Assembly: GCA_000002445.1 (NCBI GenBank)
Contig: CM000207.1
Coordinates: forward strand, 320,001 to 384,000
Length of the DNA: 64,000 bases
Direction: 5' to 3'
Source: Trypanosoma brucei
Lineage: Eukaryota
The notes under the pieces are model-generated. The model was not told the DNA's origin, did not search any database, and saw only the letters and a list, made by a program, of their open reading frames with translations. The translations under genes were made by a program, and so were the position numbers. Below are positions 22,652 through 32,334 of the stretch, one piece after another. Numbering within the stretch: position 1 is the first letter of the stretch; each line of letters starts with the position of its first letter.

Positions 22652-25105
22652 TCACGCCTTTACAGAACCATGAAAGAATTGGGTCGAAAAAAGAGCAAAA
22701 AAGAAACCAAAAAGGCGATTATGCCGCTTATCTTCACCAATAGGTTCTCTAGAATCCGCTGCAACATCACTACTGAGTGTTGACCGAGGGCGTGTGAGAT
22801 GTTGCCACACCCACCTTACAGGTTTGAATTCCCGCTCAATTACTAATATCCACTGCCAAATAACAAAAGCAAACACGGGATACATGGGCCACAGTAACTT
22901 TGCCTCAGCAGTGTAGATGGCCTCCATGCCTTCACCAATAATGTAGCTAACAAACTTACCGAGTTGAACGAGCCCAGCGATGCAGGCCACAGATAAAGCA
23001 TCTGCCGCACACCACGACGCGGTAACAGAACAATTCGGGTAAGTAATGGCAAACAGAAATGGAACCAACACCGTAGTAAGAAAACAAACTGTCAAGATGG
23101 TAAACGACCCGGATGTGAGTTCAAACATTGCCATGTCACGAGAGTCAGGTTGCACCACCGAGGCCAAGCCACCCACGTTGTATCGCAAACAAGGTATAAA
23201 CCACATAAGCAACACACACACAGCAGTGGCAGCGCCATTTAACCCACGTAATACAAATCGCATCAAGTCACACTTTTTACCCTTTGATGAATTCGTATCA
23301 AGTTCATCATCTCTTTCTGCTTCAACCACATCATTCTCACTGTGTGATGGTTCCGACGGACTGCACTTCTGATCCAGTCGTACGGAAGTATTACGACGCC
23401 ATAGGTATAAAGCATAGTTTCCGACGAAAATTGTGAGAATTGTAGCGAAGAGGAAACAGTAGAATCCAGGTCGAATGTGCACCTCCGCTATCCCCGATAA
23501 CTCCAAGCCCCCGACCATCACAACCATCGCAAACGTATCAATGAAAGAAAACTTGCCTGTACAGTCAAGTAACCTCACGAATGCATGTTGAGGTTTTCGA
23601 AAACCAAGAGTGCATACAAGGATGCATAACAGTTTCACATATGGATAAACTCCGCTAAAAAAGAAAAAACCGATGGCTAGGTCAACATGTCCAGCTTTGA
23701 AAATTTTGCTGGTGATTTCCATCAAAGAGAGTTGCAACATATTAAATTCACCTCCCACCACAACTGCGGCAGCTGTCGTGCTGTTGGACCACACAAGTAA
23801 GAATGTAGCACTTAGAGTAAGCAACAACAACAGACCATCCTCAGTAAGTGCTCGGCATTGCGAAATCGGTGAACCATCAGCCAGTGTTGCGGGATCCTTT
23901 CGATGTCGGTAGATGCTCCAGCAAATACCCAACGCGAATGCAACAACCGACATACAAAGTGCGGTAAGCCAAAGCGATAGGGGAGGTACATCACGTACTT
24001 CAGCAGCATGAAGCAAGGGAAGGGGTCGTCGCTCCTCCCCAGCAGTACAGTTCGATGCAAGCACAGAGTTAATAAGGCTCTCCACATGTGGAAGCAACAG
24101 ATCTTCCATATTGTTGCCAGCCACCTTGTTTATATCACCAAGACCGACCGTTCTCAAATTCTGCAACAACACAGCATCGGAACACGGTATGGTACAATTT
24201 AGTTTCGCTTCATCACTGCAGCGAACATCCGTCACCACAACATCCATAGACATGGTAAAACTACTCGGAATGTCAACTACTGCATTAGTGACATTCACGG
24301 CAGGAATCATTTGACTAATATTGGCCACAAGACCATCCAGTGAAAGAGCTTTTAGTGCGTCTTCCACAGAAGCCAGTAAAGAGGATATCGCAGGAGATAA
24401 GGCACCATCCTCATACAGAGTCATGTTCACACCGTTCGGCAACGTGAAGTTCGTACGAGTAGCAGTGTCTTCGTGCATTTTCGCACCGAGACGAACACCA
24501 AAAACAACAGGAATATTGTTTACAACATTCGTCACACCCCGGAAAACTGGAGTAGTGTTCAAGACAACAGCGCCATCAACAGGGGGAGGAGCTGGTTTCT
24601 CCGGCTTCACTTCACTTATCACAAATTTATTCCCCAGTAACGGAAGGTGCGCATTGCATAATAGTGTTTCGGATTTTTCTTCAATTATGTACTGCGCAAT
24701 AGGTTTGAACATCTCAAAAAGTTCAAATTTAGGAACCATATTAATGTCATTCACCTTCACATTAAGGCTGCAGCGGTCCACAATGAAGTTTGTAGTAAAA
24801 CAAAGGTCGTCTAACTCCCTTCCGACGGTGATCTCGTTGAGGTGCACAGCCAAGTCAACAGTAATATTGGTTGAAGCAGCCCCCAATTGAATGCCGGCCG
24901 AACACACAACATTGGAAGGTTGGTCTATTTTCACAGAAAGTTGCGAAGAGTTGAGTGTACCACTACCTTCACCGATGCTGACGCGTGAACATGAGGCGTT
25001 ATCCAACTTCACCGTCAAGAAGGATGTCGAAAGACCGGGAAATTCGAGACCCGTCAATAATACCGAGCTCCACCACACGGCAAACAACGGACATGCAGCT
25101 GACAT
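22652..25105 (-). CDS. Polytopic membrane protein (~817 aa). A signal-peptide-like N-terminus and a large lumenal or extracellular N-terminal domain are followed by ~10 hydrophobic segments.
   Basis: The track start at 25156 is GTG; the first ATG at 25105 gives MSAACPLFAVWWSSVLLTG, which is signal-like. Many N-x-S/T sites lie in the first ~400 aa. The second half has multiple 20-aa hydrophobic stretches (e.g. LWLTALCMSVVAFALGICWSIY, LRGLNGAATAVCVLLMWFIPCL). Confidence 0.75.
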   Translation of the reverse strand: MSAACPLFAVWWSSVLLTGLEFPGLSTSFLTVKLDNASCSRVSIGEGSGTLNSSQLSVKIDQPSNVVCSAGIQLGAASTNITVDLAVHLNEITVGRELDDLCFTTNFIVDRCSLNVKVNDINMVPKFELFEMFKPIAQYIIEEKSETLLCNAHLPLLGNKFVISEVKPEKPAPPPVDGAVVLNTTPVFRGVTNVVNNIPVVFGVRLGAKMHEDTATRTNFTLPNGVNMTLYEDGALSPAISSLLASVEDALKALSLDGLVANISQMIPAVNVTNAVVDIPSSFTMSMDVVVTDVRCSDEAKLNCTIPCSDAVLLQNLRTVGLGDINKVAGNNMEDLLLPHVESLINSVLASNCTAGEERRPLPLLHAAEVRDVPPLSLWLTALCMSVVAFALGICWSIYRHRKDPATLADGSPISQCRALTEDGLLLLLTLSATFLLVWSNSTTAAAVVVGGEFNMLQLSLMEITSKIFKAGHVDLAIGFFFFSGVYPYVKLLCILVCTLGFRKPQHAFVRLLDCTGKFSFIDTFAMVVMVGGLELSGIAEVHIRPGFYCFLFATILTIFVGNYALYLWRRNTSVRLDQKCSPSEPSHSENDVVEAERDDELDTNSSKGKKCDLMRFVLRGLNGAATAVCVLLMWFIPCLRYNVGGLASVVQPDSRDMAMFELTSGSFTILTVCFLTTVLVPFLFAITYPNCSVTASWCAADALSVACIAGLVQLGKFVSYIIGEGMEAIYTAEAKLLWPMYPVFAFVIWQWILVIEREFKPVRWVWQHLTRPRSTLSSDVAADSREPIGEDKRHNRLFGFFFALFSTQFFHGSVKA

Positions 25106-25558
25106 TATTGGACAGGAGGTAATCGAGTCAATCCCTTTCCGTGTGTTTACGGACACAGCACAGCCAGATCAAGTGTCTGAATGGCTCTTAACCGAGTGAC
25201 CACACTACTCTCCTTTCGGTTTAAGTGTTCTTCTATAAACGCACAGTTACCTACAGTTACCTAGAGCTCCACTGTAAAACTATTGAACAAAACAAGAAAA
25301 TTGGACAACGCCACACATAAGTGAAGAGAGGTAGGAACCATATAATACAGAAACATCAGAAAGACATTTGAACAGGCATAGGGAATGGGGATATGAAGAA
25401 TACACATATGAACAAAGTTACAAAGGTATTCAGGCACTTAATTCGGTACGATAAGGGAACAAAAGGGTTATTCAATCCTCTGTGCAAGACAGCACCTATT
25501 CGTTACACCTATTACACACTGCACACCGGTGCTTTATAGATTACTGCAATTATTCAGT

Positions 25559-26029
25559 TCAAAGTCTACCTGCACGCTTTGCTCTCGTAGAATCACTTCC
25601 CTTAGTTGCCCTCTTCGCTTTGCTACGTTCATGGCGGGCACGTAACTCAGCGCGCCCAATCGGGTTCTTACGCAACACGTTAAGGGCGATATCACGCACC
25701 TCAGGGGCCACCTTCCCAACAACAGGCACCGCCCGACTGCGCTGCGCATATCTCACAGCCGCCTTCGTATCACCCTCTTTTCTCTTTTTGTGCCGCAAGA
25801 GCAATATGCGTTTTGACACATCGTCTTCCAATACAACAGATGAGGGTGCGACCATTCCTTCAGCAGCCTCCACGGCTACAGCGCTGGCGTGCTCTTCTCC
25901 TTCGCGTACGAGACGAGCAAGGCGCCATCCCTCTTCTATAGACACAACCCGACCAGCAGGCAGTTTTAATCGTGGTTGCAGTACCGTCTGCCGAAGCATC
26001 TGCTTACCTACAATATCACGCAGTGCCAT
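25559..26029 (-). CDS. Basic, Arg/Lys-rich hypothetical protein (~156 aa).
   Basis: The track start at 26086 is TTG; the ATG is at 26029 (MALRDIVGKQMLRQ...). It is highly basic and could be a nucleic-acid-binding or ribosomal-type protein. That is inference only. Confidence 0.45.
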   Translation of the reverse strand: MALRDIVGKQMLRQTVLQPRLKLPAGRVVSIEEGWRLARLVREGEEHASAVAVEAAEGMVAPSSVVLEDDVSKRILLLRHKKRKEGDTKAAVRYAQRSRAVPVVGKVAPEVRDIALNVLRKNPIGRAELRARHERSKAKRATKGSDSTRAKRAGRL

Positions 26030-26500
26030 GTGAATCACACGGTAAACCTTTTTCGTCAGGACAACAGGAAAAAGGGTATGTAACAATAGGTAAAATTTTA
26101 GAGTACTCGCATGCTAAGAGAGTAATACAGAAACATAGTAGGGGAAGTTGACACTTTCATTTATTCAAAACAATGAGGTTGTACCTCGCAAGAATAGGGG
26201 AAATGTCAAGGAAAGTAACCAAACACAAGTCAAAAAACAAAAGACGAATCTTCCTCCTCCACCCAGCAGACGGGAGAGGTCTGGGGTATCAACGAGGGGA
26301 AACAAAAGGAATAAAAGCAATGTCAGTGGACAAATTAAGAGAACGAAGCACAATATAAAATAAAATGGAATAGAATGGAATGGATCGATAACCCAATGAA
26401 AGCACTGCAAACATCCATAGATAACTGTAGGTAGGAAAAAGAAAGGTAACGAGATGTTTGCTCACCACTGTAGTCGGTAGTACACATTAAGTAGGCATGA

Positions 26501-27898
26501 TCACTTGACAATCTTCTGCGATACCCACGAAACAACCTGCTCCACATCAACATGAGGTTTTAGCGACAATAATACTTTGAATAGACCGTTCTCAAGCAAC
26601 TCTTTATCATGCCTCCGCTTGGCAATAAGAACATGCACAAGCAAAAGGGTTTCGAGATCTCCATCAAGCAACTGCCGTAGTTTCGCAACCCATGCTTTGT
26701 CTCCCACACCCTTTTCTGCTACCTGAAGCAATTGTTCCAGCAAATTGGAACCCAGTTTCTCACTGTCAACTGATGCTGCAGCAACCCTTGGTGTAGCTGG
26801 AGTGGCACGTAAAGATTGCCTGCACTTTGGAGAGACATTATGTTTAGGTGAGCCGCTGTCAGGGCGAGGTTGGGGTCGACGTACAGGTGTGACAGGCGAA
26901 ATCCGGCGTATTGGAGACTCCATAATCGCACGCAGTGGAGAAACCTTAGGGGCTTCGCGACACACAGGTATGCCTTTCTCCCGCACGTATGACGTCAGAC
27001 GTGATGCGAATCCCACGAGCAAATCATACGCAGTAGGCCGGCCCCTCTCGTTCTTGCAAAGGCATGCCTCCACAGCGCGTACGAGACACGTTTCGTATCG
27101 CCCTCGCGCTATCTGCCTAAGACAAGGCATAGGGTCCATGTTCAGGATAGCATGGAAAGACTGTTGCTCCGTGTAGTGCTTCTTCCAGAAAGCACGTTGC
27201 CGTGTTAGGAGTTCAAAAAAGGTTGCACCAGCGGAAAATATGTCCGTCTTGCTGCTGTATGCCTCCCCGGCAACAATCTCTGGTGAGCAGTAACAGGGAG
27301 TTCCAACACGCGTCTGTGCAAGTTCCGTCGTCTGCTGCAGCGGACGTGCAAGCCCATAGTCCCCGACAAGGGCCTTCGACACCGACCCCTCCTTGTTGTC
27401 ATTACGAACAAGAAGCAGATTGGCAGGTTTGATGTCGCGGTGAATTATGTGCTGCGCGTGACTGTGGTTCAGTGCTGAGAGTATCTGCAACATTATCATC
27501 ATAGCGAGTTCGTTAGGGACAAACTCCTCACGAAGGGAGTACTCACGAATAAGCCCGTGTAGGTCACCACCATCACAATGTGTCATTGCCAAGCAAACAC
27601 TCCCACAGTGTTCCCCCACACCGCTTTCCACCCAAGCACCTACGTACCGCACAATGAAGGGATGATTCAGCGACCGAATTGCATCAATTTCTTTCAATAT
27701 CATCGCTGCACCGTCAGCTGGAAGTATACCACGTCGCATCACCTTCACAACGAAGCGCTGCGGATATTGAAATGCACTTGCTGTACCAGTTGTACATACA
27801 GGCCTCGCAAGAAAGACGCTTCCGTTTGCACCAGATCCGAGCAGTTCAGCGAGTACAACCTCCCGTCCCAATAAGCACCGTTCGCACACGCCATCCAT
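26501..27898 (-). CDS. Ser/Thr protein kinase, NEK-like.
   Basis: Kinase subdomains are present: the Gly loop LGSGANGSVF, the Lys in FVVKVM, the catalytic loop HRDIKPANLLL, DYG (a DFG variant) in LVGDYGLARP, and GTPCYCSPE. The track start is GTG; the ATG is at 27898 (MDGVCERC...). The ~190-aa C-terminal tail is non-catalytic. Confidence 0.85.
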   Translation of the reverse strand: MDGVCERCLLGREVVLAELLGSGANGSVFLARPVCTTGTASAFQYPQRFVVKVMRRGILPADGAAMILKEIDAIRSLNHPFIVRYVGAWVESGVGEHCGSVCLAMTHCDGGDLHGLIREYSLREEFVPNELAMMIMLQILSALNHSHAQHIIHRDIKPANLLLVRNDNKEGSVSKALVGDYGLARPLQQTTELAQTRVGTPCYCSPEIVAGEAYSSKTDIFSAGATFFELLTRQRAFWKKHYTEQQSFHAILNMDPMPCLRQIARGRYETCLVRAVEACLCKNERGRPTAYDLLVGFASRLTSYVREKGIPVCREAPKVSPLRAIMESPIRRISPVTPVRRPQPRPDSGSPKHNVSPKCRQSLRATPATPRVAAASVDSEKLGSNLLEQLLQVAEKGVGDKAWVAKLRQLLDGDLETLLLVHVLIAKRRHDKELLENGLFKVLLSLKPHVDVEQVVSWVSQKIVK

Positions 27899-28861
27899 CG
27901 CTATAGACACGACGAAACTAAGAAGCTGCGTTACCGGCTGCACACGCTACAGATACAAATACACATACACATACACACGCACACGCACAAGTGCATACGG
28001 AAAATAACAGAGACGAAAAGAAGAAGTTGCACAGTAGGTAATAGCACGCTTTAGCACGTGTTTAAATGCTTAGAGGATAACCGCAAAGAGAGAAAATGCA
28101 TATGGACAGGTGACCAGAAACGCAAAGTCATTGTAATAGCCAAACTCCACAGTGTCACACTAAATTTCCTATAAATTCTTCATAATCCAGCATCCCACAG
28201 TCAACGTGTGTATCGGTCACAAACTCACAGCTGAGGGTTGCAAGAGTGGTTGGTTAAATCCACCAAAAAATATGTGTAAAGATATGGCGGTTTTCTCTTA
28301 ATGAAGAATAGTATATATTTCTCCTGTTTTTTTACTACAATGTTACATCGGACGTACCCGCGATGTGGTGGCTCTGCTTTAATTTTTTTGTGATGTCACA
28401 CTCATACACATAATCTTTCTTTTTTTTTTCTTAGTTGAGGAACAAGAGTTAATTAAGCTTCTATGTGTGTTAGATTTGTCGGTGAATTTTCATACAATTA
28501 TGAGTTTGCTGATTTTTTTTTTCTATGGTTTTCAGCTATGTTTGCCTTCGTGATGATCAATTGGTGGTGGTATGAATATCCAACTCCTTCTTGCTTCTTT
28601 TCCATCCATATTTGCGGTGTATTGTTGTTTTCGTGAAATGCATTAGTACATCCTTTCTCAGTTGCATTTTGATTGGAGAAGGCTGCCACCACCTTTCTTT
28701 CTTTTTTTTTTTCGCGTCCACCAGGTGTAACCGTGAAAATCACCCAACTGCGAAAAGGAGGGGGTTGGCGACTGAAAGCATGACGAAACTGCGCAGTTTA
28801 GATCTCGTTTTTGTTGACTCTATTCTTTTCGTTAGTTGCTATGGCGAAAGGGTTAGGGGAG

Positions 28862-30355
28862 TTAGTAGTTGTTTCCATTTTCCTCTTTTGTAAGTTTGCC
28901 TCCATTCATAGCAATCCATCCTTCACAGCATTCAGATCCACAGCAACATTGAAATGGTGGTGTTGTTTCATCCCTAAATAGACGGTAGTCCATTGTAAGT
29001 TCTTCGCCTCGGGCAATATCACGGGTGGCGTAGAGATTCAAAGACCGATTTGGTCCAAAGTTCATGTTGGGAACACAGGAGTGACTAAATGTGCGCCAAT
29101 TTGTTGGCTCATTATCCCAAAGGGCATAGTAATGACCATCTCCACCAAGTGGCCACGCTTTTTGTGCGAACTGATCATACTCCTCTTTTCCCCTCGTCGC
29201 CTTTACATGAGGTTTTGTGTAAAGACGAACCGACTGCCCCTCTGCTTCAAAAATAGGGGATCCTGCTGATATGTCACGCGTAGCGCACATCCGATACCCC
29301 TGTGCAGGGTTATATACGCAGCGGAACAGAGGTTGCATGCGCTCATTCCGTCTAAGGGCCTCCTTTATCTGAAGCAGAGTAAATTCCCTTTGATTGAAAC
29401 CTGGTGTCAAACGCAAGATCCAATCAGCTGATCCCTCTTGCCCGGGTGGATACATGACGCCGCAGTTAGGGTTAATCTCCAAGAATACAACATCATGTGT
29501 CGACCGGTCGATGCGCACATCCACCCTCCCATATCCTACACCTCCCATCATATGCATAAACGATGTTCGTGCTGTGGAAAGGACTTGTGACAACGCAGGG
29601 TCATCTTCCGGCATAAGACGCCACTCCATTCCCTCATATGTTTCCCACTTCAAATGAAAATGTTTGAAATCTTCACCCTCAGGAAATTGCACCATTACAG
29701 GAGGGAAAACACGAATGCCATCAGGTTGCGTGCTGTCTGCACACACAAGTATCGTCGCCTCATCGCCAACAACGAATTCTTCAACGAGAGCAATTTGATA
29801 CTGTTCAATAAAGCGAGTTACACGACTGTGCAAGCTATCCATGTCATAAACTTTGCACGACTTATCCATTCCAACACTGCTGTAACCGGAAACGTGTTTG
29901 ATTATCAGTGGGAATGAAAGCACCGAACATAATTCACGTATATTGTCACCAGCTTCTAAAACAGCATGTTTGGCCGTTTTTATCCTAAAGTAGTGAGCAA
30001 TCTGCTTCATCTCCGGCTTAGATAATTCGTAGTACTTGGAAACTGCACCAGTAAAGGGTACGTGAAAACTCTCGAGGGCTTGCACGACGTCAACACCCGC
30101 CTTGTCCTCGTCTAAAGCTCCGTCACATTGGTTATAAAAGACATCATACGCGCCTGATTTCACAAGCTGACGTATTTGCCGATATGTCGTTGCCTTTTTA
30201 ATGAACGCAAGATCAAAGACAACTTCGTTTTGGTCTTCTTTTGTGAAGTAATGCTGAGGGGTCTGCACAAGTTCTCCCTCGTATGTTTTTAGCTCGCTGT
30301 CAGATCCCTCGTAGGAACAAACCAAAACACAAACCCGAGTGGGTTTGGCCGGCAT
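28862..30355 (-). CDS. Fusion protein with an N-terminal ATP-grasp (D-Ala-D-Ala-ligase / RimK-like) domain and a C-terminal SET methyltransferase domain with a post-SET Cys cluster.
   Basis: ATG confirmed. ATP-grasp motifs: IIKHVSGYSSVGMDKSCKV, ALVEEFVVGDEATILVC, and GYGRVDVRIDRSTHDVVFLEINPNCGV (compare Ddl GWGRIDV...LLEANTSPG). SET motifs: FSHSCVPN (NHSCxPN), EELTMDY (ELxxDY) and the post-SET CCCGSECC. Confidence 0.85.
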   Translation of the reverse strand: MPAKPTRVCVLVCSYEGSDSELKTYEGELVQTPQHYFTKEDQNEVVFDLAFIKKATTYRQIRQLVKSGAYDVFYNQCDGALDEDKAGVDVVQALESFHVPFTGAVSKYYELSKPEMKQIAHYFRIKTAKHAVLEAGDNIRELCSVLSFPLIIKHVSGYSSVGMDKSCKVYDMDSLHSRVTRFIEQYQIALVEEFVVGDEATILVCADSTQPDGIRVFPPVMVQFPEGEDFKHFHLKWETYEGMEWRLMPEDDPALSQVLSTARTSFMHMMGGVGYGRVDVRIDRSTHDVVFLEINPNCGVMYPPGQEGSADWILRLTPGFNQREFTLLQIKEALRRNERMQPLFRCVYNPAQGYRMCATRDISAGSPIFEAEGQSVRLYTKPHVKATRGKEEYDQFAQKAWPLGGDGHYYALWDNEPTNWRTFSHSCVPNMNFGPNRSLNLYATRDIARGEELTMDYRLFRDETTPPFQCCCGSECCEGWIAMNGGKLTKEENGNNY

Positions 30356-30780
30356 CGCTATCGGTCGTGAAAACTACAACTTTTCTATTTATACGTCTGC
30401 TACAACCACCTGCCCCCTATTTCCCATCTACTCCATATCAAATCAGTGACAACAAAAATGAAGAGTAGTTCATTTTATTTTTATTTTATTTTTACATACC
30501 ATCAAACAGATATGTGAAGCACAGAAGCGAAAATATTGAAATCCAACAGGAATTAATACCACCAAAGCAACGAGTTACAAATCTCCCCGCACTGCTACCA
30601 ACCTTTCGCAATGAGTAGGAGATCAGATGGGAGAACAAAGGGGGCTAAGAACATGAACAATAACATTAAAAATAACATTAAAAGTAACAGCAACAGCAGA
30701 CACCACGAAAAGTTTGTGTAGGCGAAGGCGGAACATTCAGCACCGTCATTCCTTTGCACCTCCTCCTGCACTATTTTTTC

Positions 30781-30822
30781 TTTTTTTTGGGGGGGGAGAA
30801 GAGGAGTCCCCCCAAAAAAAAA
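30781..30822. repeat. Perfect hairpin / inverted repeat T8G8-(11 nt)-C6A9, with a 14-bp stem.
   Basis: ttttttttgggggggg agaagaggagt cccccc aaaaaaaaa is read directly from the sequence. It lies in the intergenic spacer upstream of the ATP-grasp/SET gene. Confidence 0.8.
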
Positions 30823-30881
30823 TCAAAATAATTAATACAGTGCAGTGAATCCAACTGTCATAAGGAACAGAAATCAAAATA

Positions 30882-31100
30882 TCAACGTCTTCTCTCATCT
30901 AAAGTGTCAGTTTCTCTGGAGGTGTCGGGGAGGTCATCGGGAAGAGGTCCTCTTGTAAATATAATGCGTTGAGAATACACGGGCGATATCACATTTCTAA
31001 AAAGCCATAAAATCATGTAACCGAACACCACAAATGGAATGATGTATTCTCGAAGAGCATATACAAGTGGTCCCTCTTCAGGAATCTCTTCAGCTGCCAT
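30882..31100 (-). CDS. Possible small single-pass membrane protein (72 aa).
   Basis: The ATG at 31100 (MAAEEIPEEGPLVYALREYIIPFVVFGYMILWLFRNV...) gives one hydrophobic segment. It is in the unit orientation within a 2-kb spacer. It could be spurious. Confidence 0.25.
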   Translation of the reverse strand: MAAEEIPEEGPLVYALREYIIPFVVFGYMILWLFRNVISPVYSQRIIFTRGPLPDDLPDTSRETDTLDERRR

Positions 31101-31553
31101 CAATGGACCTTAATACGAAGGCTAAATTTTTTTTTAATTATATTTTCTTTCTTGAAACGAAAAAAAAATTTATAACAAAAGGGGATTCAGGCAGCACCGC
31201 GCAGGTACAGCAAAAAGTTGGTGACAAACACGCAATATCCTGAAACTCAAATAAGTAGCGGTTTTTTTTTCAAAAAAAACGACAAATAAACAGAGAGCAT
31301 GATAAAAATAAATAATTAATAATAATAATCTTTTTACAAAAAAGGTAGCAAAAAGAGGGGAAACCTCTTTCCCACGACGGCACTCGTTTGAAGCTTTATA
31401 TGCTCGAAAAATAAAAAAATAAATACGTTCACTGGTTACAAGTAATAGTGTTCATAATAGTGATGCACGCTCTCAGCGAAGGAAAAATAAAAAGAGTAAA
31501 AAAAAGAAAAAAAAAGAAAATTGCAGTAGGAATGGTAAAACCCCAATACATGT

Positions 31554-31811
31554 TTACTCATCAAAACAGATCTGGAAATGTGTAGGCTTGTCTTTTACTG
31601 TTTGCGGTTTAACCAAAACAGTGCGTAACTTTGGGCTCTTAATTAGCGCTTGATGGGCCTCTCGGAGGATCCACGTGCGAAGCGGAAGCCCATCCTCCTC
31701 TGGCGTGTCGCCTATTTTACTTAAGCAGTTGAGAAGCAAATCATCTGTTGCATATTCTTCATTCCTTATGCGATCCAGGGGGATATGTATCTCAATTACT
31801 GCGGGAGCCAT
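31554..31811 (-). CDS. Possible small soluble protein (85 aa).
   Basis: The ATG at 31811 (MAPAVIEIHIPLDRIRNEEYATDDLLLNCLSKIG...) is in the unit orientation. I recognise no family. Confidence 0.25.
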   Translation of the reverse strand: MAPAVIEIHIPLDRIRNEEYATDDLLLNCLSKIGDTPEEDGLPLRTWILREAHQALIKSPKLRTVLVKPQTVKDKPTHFQICFDE

Positions 31812-32334
31812 CGTTGCGTACGTCAAATGATATGCCTCAGCAGTGGAATCGCTTCAATAAAATTTTCTTTGCCTTCCCACTTCAGTTTCTTGGTTGCTAC
31901 TAAGCACACAAACAAAAAAAAAATTTCCTTCGATAAGAGAAGACACAATATTACTCTCCCGTTACACCACCAATAAGAAATCACAATAATTGTACAGGAA
32001 AGAAGAAAAAGAGTGCAAGAGACAGAAATCGGGCAACCATTACGGTGCACCAGGGTAGATATTTTTTTTATAAAAAAAAATAAAAGTAAAACCAATTACG
32101 GACTCCACCGATTGCTGCCATGGAGGTTAACGATTGGGTCCCAACATATCGGAATGTTTTTTCATCACTCGTTATGAATGGTGACATGTTTTGGTGAAGG
32201 CAATGAAAAAAACCAACAGACCAAAGACAAACTTAAAACGATAGCGTATCACCACCCATTGATATCAAATAAGAAAACTAACTTTCTTTTCTTTTTTTGC
32301 CCTTCTCTCCATCTAAAGCCCATACGTCTCCAAC

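Noticed and set aside
25482-26033. 183-aa plus-strand ORF overlapping the minus-strand gene 25559-26029.
   Set aside because: It is opposite to the orientation of the whole unit. It is Arg/Ser/Ala-rich and typical of the antisense of a GC-rich basic-protein gene.
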